Assembly: GCA_964428665.1 (NCBI GenBank)
Contig: CAYRZX010000003.1
Location: forward strand, 2,114 to 58,098
Length of the DNA stretch: 55,985 nucleotides
Direction of reading: 5' to 3'
Source: an uncultured Gemmatimonas sp.
Lineage (GTDB): Bacteria; Latescibacterota; UBA2968; SICM01
Every line of letters starts with the position of its first letter. The stretch's first letter is position 1. The position numbers and the translations under genes were made by a program. The notes under the pieces were generated by a model that worked only from the letters and a program-made list of their open reading frames with translations, ran no database searches and had not been told where the DNA came from. Shown one piece after another: positions 1 through 8,650 of this stretch.

Positions 1-1889
1 GGCCAGTCGGGGTCCCGGAGGGCCTCGTAGACCACGCCCCCCTCCACGTTCCTCGGCATCGGCACGCCCAGCAGGTAGCAGACCGTGGGCGCCACGTCCA
101 CGGCCCGCACCTGCCGCTGGAGCGCGCCCGCCCGGCGCACTCCCGCGCCGGCCATGACGAACGTGGAGTGCTGCCCCCCCATCCCGTAACTCACCGACGG
201 GAGCTGTTTCCCGTGCGCCCCGTCGAACTCCGGCCGGAGCGCATAGACCACGTCCCCCACCAGGTCGCCCCAGAGGTTCAGCATCTCCGCGTCCGCGCGT
301 GTCAGGGCCAGCGCAAAGGGGCGCTCCCCGGTGGCCGGGTCCCTGTAGTCGTGCAGCGCGGCCACGATCTCCCGCTGCGTGGCCTCGTAGTCCGCGCGGG
401 GGACGATGCCGCCAGGCTCCCGGCCTTTCAGGTTGATGAAGACGTGCACCAGGCCCACATTCGCGGCGCGGGTCCTGGACCAGTCGATCTTGCGGCTCTT
501 CCCCTGACCTCTGTAGACCAGGAACCCCGTCTCCTCCAGCACCCGCGCGATGTCCACGGCCGGGGACCGGATGGAGGTCCCGCCGTGGTCGGAGACGACC
601 AGGAAGACGGTCTCCTCGTCCGTCAGGCGCATCAGCCGCCCGATCATCCGGTCGATGGAGGCGTAGGTCCGGGCCACTCCCTCCCGGCAGCGCCTGAAGG
701 TCGCGGCGTCCGCTCCGCTGGTCCGGTCCATGTGCCCCACCCAGAAGTGGTTCGTGTAGTCCGAGGCGTGGGTCTCCACCATGAGCAGGTCCCACTTCCG
801 CGTCCGCGTCAGGTGGCCGGCCACGTCCGCGATGCGCTGGTGGTGAAACTCCAGGAGCTCAAAGTAGGTGTCGTCGTCGATCAGGCCGAGGGCGTCCCGC
901 GCCGGGTTCTGGAGGAAGTTCCCGACGCGCCGGTCGATCTCGCGGGCCACGCCCTTCGGGTGGGTGTAGCCGTCCGGGGGCCAGATCTGCGGGACGAACA
1001 GCTCGAACATGTCCGCGTCGGGCGTCAGCGTGATCAGTTTCATGCGGACGTAGCCCCTCACCCGCGCCCCGTCGATCTCGAAGCCGTCCAGCCACCAGTC
1101 GCTCCACTCCCCCGCGCCCAGGTCGGCCACGGCCCGGTTTCCGTCCCGGGACCGGCAGACGCGCACGCGGTCGTAGCATCCTCCGGAGGCGTAGATCAGG
1201 CCGTAGAAAGGCTTCGGCGTTCCCTCCTTGCCCCGCTGCATGTTCCCCCGGCCCCGCGCCAGCGGGCGGATGGTCAGCACGACCTCCCTGGGCGGACGGC
1301 TGGACCTGGGGAGGCGCCGCCATCCCTGAGCGGGGTCGATGCGCACGGGGTCGATCTCCCGCACGGTCTGGAGGGCGCTCGGGTCGAGGGTCTCCGGGTC
1401 GCGTTGTCCCCCGAGGGGGCGGGGCGCCCATTTGCCCCCCACGAAGAGGTGGTAGCCCGCCACCTGATGGTGGTTGGAGACGCCGGGGCCGGTCCCCTCC
1501 ACCTGCACCCCCCTCCTGACCGTGGGCGGCCAGGCCATCTCCCACTTCACCAGGATGGGTGTCCTGCCCGCCCGCTCGAAGGTGTTCCAGAGGTACTCCG
1601 ACTGAGAGAGCCGGGTGTTGATGCCCCAGACGGTCTGGTCCAGCCGGCGGCCCAAAGCCCGGATGTTGAAGTCCATCACCCGGTGCGTGCCCGGCCAGGA
1701 GCCGGTGGACAGGGCCGTCCAGCCGGGCGGGGTGAGGGTGGGAAACACGCCCACCATCGGCCTCCAGACGCCCCGTCTCATGAGCGTCGCGATATGGGGC
1801 GCATGGCCCTGGTCGGCCATGTTTTTGACGAGTTCCATGCTGGCGCCGTCCATCCCCACGATGACGGCGCGCCGGGCGGGGGGGTTCAA
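1..1889 (-). CDS. Alkaline-phosphatase superfamily protein, type I phosphodiesterase/nucleotide pyrophosphatase family (C-terminus runs off window start)
   Basis: Not in the ORF track because it is open at the window edge. Hand translation of the minus strand from TTG at 1889 gives LNPPARRAVIVGMDGASMELVKNMADQGHAPHIATLMRRGVW..FPTLTPPGWTALSTGSWPGTHRVMDF...FLVVSDHGG..., typical of PF01663-type enzymes. AGGAGG lies 6 nt upstream (1896-1901). Confidence 0.8.
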   Translation of the reverse strand, partial: MNPPARRAVIVGMDGASMELVKNMADQGHAPHIATLMRRGVWRPMVGVFPTLTPPGWTALSTGSWPGTHRVMDFNIRALGRRLDQTVWGINTRLSQSEYLWNTFERAGRTPILVKWEMAWPPTVRRGVQVEGTGPGVSNHHQVAGYHLFVGGKWAPRPLGGQRDPETLDPSALQTVREIDPVRIDPAQGWRRLPRSSRPPREVVLTIRPLARGRGNMQRGKEGTPKPFYGLIYASGGCYDRVRVCRSRDGNRAVADLGAGEWSDWWLDGFEIDGARVRGYVRMKLITLTPDADMFELFVPQIWPPDGYTHPKGVAREIDRRVGNFLQNPARDALGLIDDDTYFELLEFHHQRIADVAGHLTRTRKWDLLMVETHASDYTNHFWVGHMDRTSGADAATFRRCREGVARTYASIDRMIGRLMRLTDEETVFLVVSDHGGTSIRSPAVDIARVLEETGFLVYRGQGKSRKIDWSRTRAANVGLVHVFINLKGREPGGIVPRADYEATQREIVAALHDYRDPATGERPFALALTRADAEMLNLWGDLVGDVVYALRPEFDGAHGKQLPSVSYGMGGQHSTFVMAGAGVRRAGALQRQVRAVDVAPTVCYLLGVPMPRNVEGGVVYEALRDPDW

Positions 1890-1943
1890 GGGACACCTCC
1901 TTGCGTGAGGTTCGGGTCGCGCGGGGAGAGAAGCGACCTACAA

Positions 1944-1971
1944 TATATACGCTGACAACCTGCTTTTGCAA
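1944..1971 (-). promoter_or_regulatory. sigma70-type promoter (TTGCAA-16-TATATA) for the phosphodiesterase gene
   Basis: AT-rich hexamers read on the minus strand, about 55-80 nt upstream of the TTG start. Confidence 0.5.
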
Positions 1972-2010
1972 GTCCAAAAGCCCTCCCTCCTCCCCCTCTC
2001 CCCGGCATTG

Positions 2011-2042
2011 CCACTTTTCTTTGCTCGCCCAAAGAAAAGTGG
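2011..2042. repeat. Hairpin repeat CCACTTTTCTTT-loop-AAAGAAAAGTGG
   Basis: Inverted repeat; a near-identical hairpin is at 35030-35054. Confidence 0.6.
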
Positions 2043-2081
2043 GACAAAAGAAAAGGCGCTCCTCAAGCGCCGGAGGGGCTG

Positions 2082-2186
2082 GGCGCGACGCAAGGGCATT
2101 GCTCCAGAGGACGGATCGTCCAGAGGTTTCCACTGCCACCTATTGCTTCACCTGAACCCTAGTGGTTAGCCCTTCTGCGTCGCGCC
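2082..2186. repeat. Long-range inverted repeat (GGCGCGACGCAAGGG / CCCTTCTGCGTCGCGCC) enclosing about 73 nt
   Basis: 15-nt arms at 2082-2096 and 2170-2186. Interior has CCAGAGG twice and a GACG-GAT-CGTC hairpin. ATTTTGTCTTTT follows on the + strand. Confidence 0.5.
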
Positions 2187-2203
2187 ATTTTGTCTTTTAC
2201 CTT

Positions 2204-2295
2204 TCTCCCCTCTCCTTTAGGAGAGGGGCTGGGGGTGAGGTCTCCCCCTCTCCCCTTCTCCCTTTCTCCCTTTCAGGGAGAGGAGGGGGGAGAGG
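2204..2295. repeat. Two tandem C-arm/G-arm hairpins (CCCCTCTCC-TTTA-GGAGAGGGG..GGGGGTGAGGTCTCC, then a second imperfect one)
   Basis: Directly downstream (minus sense) of the ABC-2 operon stop. 2204-2245 is about 90% identical to 40685-40726 and similar to 35296-35336. Confidence 0.8.
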
Positions 2296-3099
2296 TCAGC
2301 TTCCCGTCGAACGATAATGCCGCACCCCGACCTTCCAGGCCTGGAGCGCCACGATCAAAAATGCCACGCCCACGGCGGGGGCCGCCCACTGAAAGACGAG
2401 AGGTGTGCCGAGTGGGTCGGGCCGGCCCAGGACTGCGAGCAGAGGGAAGTAGTTGACGCAGGCCAGGGGGACGACGAAGGTGAAGAACTTGCGGAACCAG
2501 GGGCGGTAGATGCTCACGGGATACTGGATGGTCTCAACGCCGCCATAGGTCACGGTATTCATGATCTCCAGCGTCTCCGTGGTCCAGAACGACAGTGTAC
2601 CCTGGAAGATGAACAGGCCGTAGAAGAGACATGTCCCGCCGGAGATCGCTGCGATGACCAGAACGATCCTGACAGGCGACCAGGCGATGTCCAGCGCCGA
2701 CGCAGCCCAGAGGAACACGGCAAGCCCTTGCAGAAGCCGCCCGACCCTCCGGAGGGTCAGTTCCTGCCCGGCCAGTTGCAGCACCGTGCTCCTGGGCCGA
2801 AGCATGAAACGGTCGAAATCGCCGTTTTTGATCAGAGTTCCCACGAGATCGAAGCCCCGGGATGAAGCGTCGGCAATCGCAAAGGCCACGTTGACCGTGC
2901 CGTAAAACAGCGCCACTTCAGGCAGTGTCCATCCCTGAAGGCCTCCGAAGCGATCGAAGAGCGCCCAGATGCCCAGGAACTCGATGCCGGTGACCAGAAA
3001 CTGTCCGGCGGAGAGCATCACGAACGAGGCCCGGTACTGCATCTGGCCGCGAAACGAGATGTCGATGTAGCGAAGGTAGAGTCGAAAGGCGTCCAGCAT
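2296..3099 (-). CDS. ABC-2 type transporter permease (DUF990/COG3694-like)
   Basis: 267-aa track ORF, multi-TM, typical ABC-2 permease sequence. 1-nt gap to the upstream permease. Confidence 0.75.
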   Translation of the reverse strand: MLDAFRLYLRYIDISFRGQMQYRASFVMLSAGQFLVTGIEFLGIWALFDRFGGLQGWTLPEVALFYGTVNVAFAIADASSRGFDLVGTLIKNGDFDRFMLRPRSTVLQLAGQELTLRRVGRLLQGLAVFLWAASALDIAWSPVRIVLVIAAISGGTCLFYGLFIFQGTLSFWTTETLEIMNTVTYGGVETIQYPVSIYRPWFRKFFTFVVPLACVNYFPLLAVLGRPDPLGTPLVFQWAAPAVGVAFLIVALQAWKVGVRHYRSTGS

Positions 3100-3100
3100 A

Positions 3101-3892
3101 TCATCCTCCCTGAACCACCAGACGGCGTATTCCCCGGCCGAGCATCCGGTGGCCCAGCGCTATGAAGGCGAGGGCCCACACGACCTGATGCGCCACGGCG
3201 GCGATGGCCTGATCCGGTGGAAGGTGTCCCGTGTAAAGACGGAAAGGGGTGTCTCCCACCCCTCTGAACGGCAGGAGGCGCAGGATGGGCTGCGCCCAGT
3301 CCGGGAAGAGCGGCAGGGGGATGACCAGCCCGGACAGAAGGATGACGGCGGTGGTCACCAGAATGGCGATGCCATCGCCCGAGACCGTCCACAACAGGGA
3401 GATGTTCAGCAGGGTTGTCGTGGCGCAACTCAGGAGCAGGGCGCCCACGGTGGCGAAGGCCCACGCCCCCGCCGAGGCCCAGGAGGGCGGGGAGGTCATT
3501 CCGAAGAAAAGTCCTGCCACGATGAACATCGGGATTGCGCGCAGCAGGGTGGGGGCGGCCCGCATAGCCAGGGCGCGGCAAAACCAGAACGTGTAGAGGT
3601 CCAGGGGACGCACCAGTTCATAGGCCACGTTCCCGGAGCGCACCATCGCCCTTATGTCCGCGTCCACATTCCACGGAAGCAGTGCGAGAAACGCCTGACC
3701 GAGCCAGATGTAAGTAACGACTTCGGGAAGGCTCATCGGCTGAGAGGCTGTCGTAGAGCGATAGAACGCCTCAAAAATCATCACCCGAATAAGCCCCCAG
3801 AACAACTGAGTTCCAAACCCGGCCAGCGCCGCCGCGCGGTACTGCAGCAGCATCCGGAACCGGGCGCTGACGACGGCCCAGTAGGCGCTCAT
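3101..3892 (-). CDS. ABC-2 type transporter permease (DUF990/COG4587-like)
   Basis: C-terminal 263 aa of the 682-aa track ORF, starting MSAYWAVVSARFRMLLQYRAAAL. The ATG overlaps the ATPase stop (ATGA at 3889-3892). Confidence 0.75.
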   Translation of the reverse strand: MSAYWAVVSARFRMLLQYRAAALAGFGTQLFWGLIRVMIFEAFYRSTTASQPMSLPEVVTYIWLGQAFLALLPWNVDADIRAMVRSGNVAYELVRPLDLYTFWFCRALAMRAAPTLLRAIPMFIVAGLFFGMTSPPSWASAGAWAFATVGALLLSCATTTLLNISLLWTVSGDGIAILVTTAVILLSGLVIPLPLFPDWAQPILRLLPFRGVGDTPFRLYTGHLPPDQAIAAVAHQVVWALAFIALGHRMLGRGIRRLVVQGG

Positions 3893-4872
3893 AGACGGTC
3901 CTCCCTGTAGAGCCGCGCGATGATCTCCTCGATGGGCGGGTTCTCCACGAACAGGTCGCGGATGGCGTGCGTGGCCGTGATCCGCCCGATCAGCGCCGCG
4001 GCCGGGACCCGGCTGGGGTCGAAGCTGAGGGTGACCCGGCGGTCCTCCCGGCGGAGCACGGTCGCGTCCGGGTCGCTCACCTCCCCGTCCTGGTCCATCA
4101 GGTCCACGATCAGCCGGCGCTCGGAGGTGACGCGCCTCCGCAGGTCTTCGAGGGTCCCGTCCGACAGGATCTGCCCCCTGCCGATGACCATCACGCGGGT
4201 GCAGAGGGCCTCGATGTCGTCCATGTCGTGGGTCGTGAGGATGACCGTGACGCCTCGCTCGCGGTTCAGGCGGCGGATGAAGTCCCGCACGGCGAGCTTG
4301 GACACGGCGTCCAGGCCGATGGTCGGCTCGTCCAGGAAGAGCAGGGAGGGGGCGTGGAGCAGGGCCGCGGCCAGGTCGCAGCGCATGCGCTGCCCCAGGC
4401 TGAGCTGGCGGACGGGCACGTCCAGGAGCGGCTCCAGGCTCAGCAGGGCGATCAGCTCGTCCCGCGTCCGGGCGTAGGCCGGCGGGGGCACGCGGTAGAT
4501 GTCCCGGAGCAGGTCGAACGACTCCACGACCGGGAGGTCCCACCAGAGCTGCGTGCGCTGCCCGAACACCACCCCGATCTCCCGGACGTGGGGGATGCGC
4601 TCCCGCCAGGGGACGCGCCCCAGGACCTCGCAGCGCCCGGAGTCGGGCACCAGGATGCCGGAGAGGACCTTGACCGTCGTGGACTTGCCCGCGCCGTTGG
4701 GGCCGATGTAGCCCACGAGTTCGCCGGGGGAGATGGAGAAGGTGACGCCGTCCAGGGCGTGGACCGTGCGGTGACGGCGATGCACCACGCCCCGCAGCGC
4801 CCCCCACATGCCCGGCTGACGCTCCGCGATCTGGAAGGTCTTGACGAGGTTTTCGACGATGATGTGCGACAT
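3889..4872 (-). CDS. ABC transporter ATP-binding protein (COG4586-like)
   Basis: Walker A GPNGAGKST, signature LSLGQRMR, Walker B LLFLDEPT. First gene of a three-gene operon. Confidence 0.9.
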   Translation of the reverse strand: MSHIIVENLVKTFQIAERQPGMWGALRGVVHRRHRTVHALDGVTFSISPGELVGYIGPNGAGKSTTVKVLSGILVPDSGRCEVLGRVPWRERIPHVREIGVVFGQRTQLWWDLPVVESFDLLRDIYRVPPPAYARTRDELIALLSLEPLLDVPVRQLSLGQRMRCDLAAALLHAPSLLFLDEPTIGLDAVSKLAVRDFIRRLNRERGVTVILTTHDMDDIEALCTRVMVIGRGQILSDGTLEDLRRRVTSERRLIVDLMDQDGEVSDPDATVLRREDRRVTLSFDPSRVPAAALIGRITATHAIRDLFVENPPIEEIIARLYREDRL

Positions 4873-4967
4873 GAGCGCCTATCTCCTCATATAGGGTATG
4901 CGGTGGAAGAGGGGTTGGAAGAGAGGTCTCCTGACCCGCCCCTGGCGGCCCGCGGGCTTTCGGATGG

Positions 4968-5008
4968 AAAACAAAAAGCCCGCTGTCGAATTTCATTCGA
5001 CAACGGGC
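4968..5008 (-). terminator. Intrinsic terminator inside the ABC-2 operon leader
   Basis: Minus strand reads GCCCGTTGTCGAAT-GAA-ATTCGACAGCGGGC (14-bp stem, one G-U pair) followed by TTTTTGTTTT. It lies about 96 nt upstream of the ATPase ATG. Confidence 0.7.
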
Positions 5009-5197
5009 GATAGGCGATACAAGGGGTCGGACCGTGCCAGTCGTCACAGGCCGCCCAGAGGTCAGCCCCCAGGGGAGCTTTCGCTCAACCCGGGGGCCTC
5101 GTATTATGGGTATTGTGTCTCTCGCTCGTTCTAAAAGCAGATAGACCACCTCGCTTTGTGCATTTTGAGGGTGGCATCCGGCTATCAGACAAGCCCG

Positions 5198-5226
5198 AAT
5201 ATAAGCTTCCTGCCCTCCAAAGTCAA
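5198..5226 (-). promoter_or_regulatory. Strong sigma70-type promoter TTGACT-17-TATATT
   Basis: Near-consensus hexamers with a 17-nt spacer on the minus strand. Located 31 nt after the asd stop and about 320 nt upstream of the ABC ATPase start. Confidence 0.65.
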
Positions 5227-5256
5227 GGGGGTTTTTGTCCTATCACCTGTCATCCC

Positions 5257-6339
<1,083 letters not shown>

Positions 6340-6370
6340 TGTAAAACTCCTTTCTCTGCTGCGCAGAAAC

Positions 6371-6415
6371 AAAAAAGCAGCCGGGCGCGCCAAGGGCAGA
6401 GACACGCGCGGCTGC
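6371..6415 (-). terminator. Expression-platform terminator of the lysine riboswitch
   Basis: Minus strand GCAGCCGCGCG...CGCGCCCGGCTGC followed by TTTTTT, between the aptamer and the asd RBS. Confidence 0.8.
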
Positions 6416-6440
6416 AAAACGTGCGCAGCGTGAACCTTGC

Positions 6441-6620
6441 ACAAGAGAGCGCTCCACAGGACCCTGTCCTGTGACAGTCCGGGGGATCTTATCCGCCGGC
6501 CCAGCCCGACGCCCCTGACGGATGGGACTCGGACTTCGGCAGCCCTCCCCTTTCGTCCGGCAGGTCCGGGTCCGTCTCCCTCTGCCGGTTACTCATGGAG
6601 GCCTGCGCCTCTACCCTTGT
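6441..6620 (-). promoter_or_regulatory. Lysine riboswitch (L-box) aptamer
   Basis: Minus strand carries the conserved L-box blocks in order: AGAGGCGC, GAGUAA, AAAGGGGAGGGCUGCCGAAG, GCUGGG, ACUGUCACAGGA...CCUGUGGAGCGC. It sits upstream of a lysine-pathway gene. Confidence 0.9.
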
Positions 6621-6631
6621 TGACAGGACAA

Positions 6632-6660
6632 AAGGTATGATTTCGGGCCGCTTTCGTCAA
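6632..6660 (-). promoter_or_regulatory. Candidate promoter TTGACG-17-TACCTT for the riboswitch-asd transcript
   Basis: Hexamers on the minus strand place the start site a few nt before the aptamer P1. Confidence 0.45.
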
Positions 6661-6687
6661 GAGAAAAGTTGGAGGGCCTATTTCTTC

Positions 6688-6715
6688 TTGACTTCCCGGT
6701 GGATGAAAGTAAATT
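6688..6715 (+). promoter_or_regulatory. Candidate promoter TTGACT-16-TAAATT
   Basis: AT-rich hexamers about 30 nt upstream of the 6744 start, divergent from the asd promoter. Confidence 0.55.
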
Positions 6716-6743
6716 GCATCTTTAAAAGAAAAGGAGAACCGTG

Positions 6744-8204
6744 ATGAGCGATTCCTCACTCAACGCCGACGCGACTCTGAAGGCGCTTGCCGTAGATACG
6801 GGCAAGATTTCCCCCGGCTTCAGCTCAGGCCGGACGAACTATTCCGTCTACCTCCCCCACGGGACCGACGCCATCCGCATCATCCCCACGGCCAGCGATC
6901 CGGGCGCGGCGGTGACGGTCAACGGGTCGGCGGTGGCCGGCGGACAGGCGTCAGGCCCCATTCATCTGGATGTCGGGCGGAACCTCATCCGCGTGGAGGT
7001 CACGGCGCAGGACGGGAAGACGAAAAAGAGTTACACCGTCAAGGCCATCCGCGCCTACCCCACGCCCACCTGGGTGAGGGTCAAAGAGAACGCCCCCTGG
7101 GTGGCGCGGGACTCCGCCGGGGAACTCGTGTTCAAGGGGCGCATGTGGTTGATCGGGGGCTACATCCCCAGCCTGGTCAGCGACGTCTGGTCCTCCGCCG
7201 ACGGCGTGAGCTGGACGAAGGAGGGGGAGGTCCCGTGCGAGGCCGGCGTGAACATCCCCGTGGCCTTCGTCTACGGCGACAGGATGTGGGTGACGACCAG
7301 CGATGGGAGGCTGTTTGCCTCGCCGGACGGGGCCACCTGGTCCCTGGTGACGGACCAGGCCTCCTGGAGGGGACGCTACGCGGCGGGCGGCGCGGTCTTC
7401 CAGGGGAGGATGTGGGTGATGGGCGGGAAGAGCGGGGACCTCTTCAACGATATCTGGTCTTCAATGGACGGCGTGCGCTGGACCCTGGAGACGCTGAACG
7501 CCCTCTGGTCGAAGCGGCAACTGTTCAGCCTGGCCGTCCACGACGACAGGCTCTGGGTGATCGGAGGGGGGATCACCATTTATCACCCGTTCCGGGCCTA
7601 CAGCGATGTCTGGTCCTCCCCGGACGGCAAGAGCTGGACGAAGGTGACGGATCAAGCGCCGTGGCCGGTCCGCATCTGGAACACCGCCGTCGCGTACAAA
7701 AACCGACTCTGGGTCCTGGGCGGCTTCCGGGCGGAGCCGATCTGGAATAACTTCAACGATGTCTGGTACTCCGCTGACGGCGCGGAGTGGCGCGAACTGG
7801 TCCCGGAGGACATCTGGTCCCCCCGGCACGAGATCTCCGTCTATGTCTTTGAGGACAGGCTGTGGGTGATCGGCGGCAACGCCTGGCCGCTGATGAACGA
7901 CGCCTGGTACCTGGAGATCAAGGGGCTGACCTTTTTGACGCAGCCTGTCATCGAGGAGTTCGCGGGCGCGCAGTACGCCTACCGGGCGCGCGCGGACTTC
8001 AACGAGAGCCGTCAGCAGGTCCGCTACCGGCTCACGGAAGGGCCGGCCTGGCTGACCGTCGAGCCGGAGACGGGCCTGGTCCGGGGGACGCCTCCGAAGG
8101 TGGAGGACGTGACGATCACAGTGGAGGCCTACGACGACGCGGGTGAGACGGCCCGGCAGACCTACACCCTGCACGCGCTGCCGGTCATCTCCACGACATC
8201 GTAG
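6744..8204 (+). CDS. Cadherin-like beta-sandwich + Kelch-type beta-propeller + Ig-like (dystroglycan/cadherin-type) repeat protein
   Basis: N-terminal ATLKALAVDTGKISPGFSSGRTNYSVYL motif, about six repeats of DVWSSxDGxxW...RLWVxGG, C-terminal LTEGPAWLTVEPETGLVRGTP. The ATG at 6744 has better RBS spacing than the GTG at 6741. Confidence 0.7.
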   Translation: MSDSSLNADATLKALAVDTGKISPGFSSGRTNYSVYLPHGTDAIRIIPTASDPGAAVTVNGSAVAGGQASGPIHLDVGRNLIRVEVTAQDGKTKKSYTVKAIRAYPTPTWVRVKENAPWVARDSAGELVFKGRMWLIGGYIPSLVSDVWSSADGVSWTKEGEVPCEAGVNIPVAFVYGDRMWVTTSDGRLFASPDGATWSLVTDQASWRGRYAAGGAVFQGRMWVMGGKSGDLFNDIWSSMDGVRWTLETLNALWSKRQLFSLAVHDDRLWVIGGGITIYHPFRAYSDVWSSPDGKSWTKVTDQAPWPVRIWNTAVAYKNRLWVLGGFRAEPIWNNFNDVWYSADGAEWRELVPEDIWSPRHEISVYVFEDRLWVIGGNAWPLMNDAWYLEIKGLTFLTQPVIEEFAGAQYAYRARADFNESRQQVRYRLTEGPAWLTVEPETGLVRGTPPKVEDVTITVEAYDDAGETARQTYTLHALPVISTTS

Positions 8205-8231
8205 GGGCAGGGCATGCCTCACCCCTACAGG

Positions 8232-8269
8232 AAAAAAGGCCCTGACAGGCGAACCTGTCAGGGCCTTTG
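8232..8269. terminator. Bidirectional intrinsic terminator
   Basis: AAAAAA-GGCCCTGACAGG-CGAA-CCTGTCAGGGCC-TTTG (12-bp perfect stem) between convergent genes. Confidence 0.75.
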
Positions 8270-8293
8270 TCGTCTCCGCGATCCGAGCCTCTC

Positions 8294-8650
8294 TCAAAAC
8301 GGGATCTCGTCCTCCCCCATGCCGAAGAAGTGCGCGATCTCGTGGATGACGGTCTTGCGGACCTCCTCGGCGATCTCCTCCGGCGTCTCGCACCCCTGCT
8401 CGATGTCCCACTGGAACAGCGTGATCCGATCCGGCAGGGTCAGGCCGTAGTCGCTGGTCCGCTGCGTGAGCGGCGTCCCCTGATACAGGCCGAACAGCAG
8501 GTCGTCCTCCGTCAGGCCCACGGACTCCAGGTCCTCGATCGTCGGCTCGTCCTCGATCACGATCTCCACGTTGTCGAGCCGCTTTCGGAACTCCTCCGGC
8601 AGCTCCTCCAGGGCCTTCAGGGCGAGGTTCTCGAATTGTTTGCGGGTCAT
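8294..8650 (-). CDS. Zincin-like metallopeptidase family protein (DUF1025/Zincin_1)
   Basis: 118 aa with HEIAHFFG motif. Start overlaps the upstream AKR stop by 4 nt. Confidence 0.7.
   Translation of the reverse strand: MTRKQFENLALKALEELPEEFRKRLDNVEIVIEDEPTIEDLESVGLTEDDLLFGLYQGTPLTQRTSDYGLTLPDRITLFQWDIEQGCETPEEIAEEVRKTVIHEIAHFFGMGEDEIPF

Noticed and set aside
168-2139. Track ORFs 168..1955 (+, 595 aa) and 859..2139 (-, 426 aa)
   Set aside because: They are Pro/Arg/Gly/His-rich with no recognisable motifs. They are antisense or alternate-frame shadows of the clearly coding phosphodiesterase frame (minus strand, 1..1889), which has family motifs and an RBS.
3893-5149. N-terminal 420 aa of the 682-aa track ORF 3101..5149 (-)
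   Set aside because: It runs through the ABC ATPase gene in another frame and into the non-coding leader. The real permease starts at ATG 3892, overlapping the ATPase stop.
4873-5256. Known RNA genes or riboswitch classes (SRP RNA, tmRNA, 6S, RNase P, TPP, ykkC, ZTP, c-di-GMP, fluoride) in the ABC-2 leader
   Set aside because: I compared by eye with the conserved cores I remember and found only short chance similarities (for example GGUCCGA, GACUGGC). A 5'-end/3'-end closing helix I first saw would need nucleotides upstream of the predicted transcription start, so I dropped it. A covariance-model scan is still needed.
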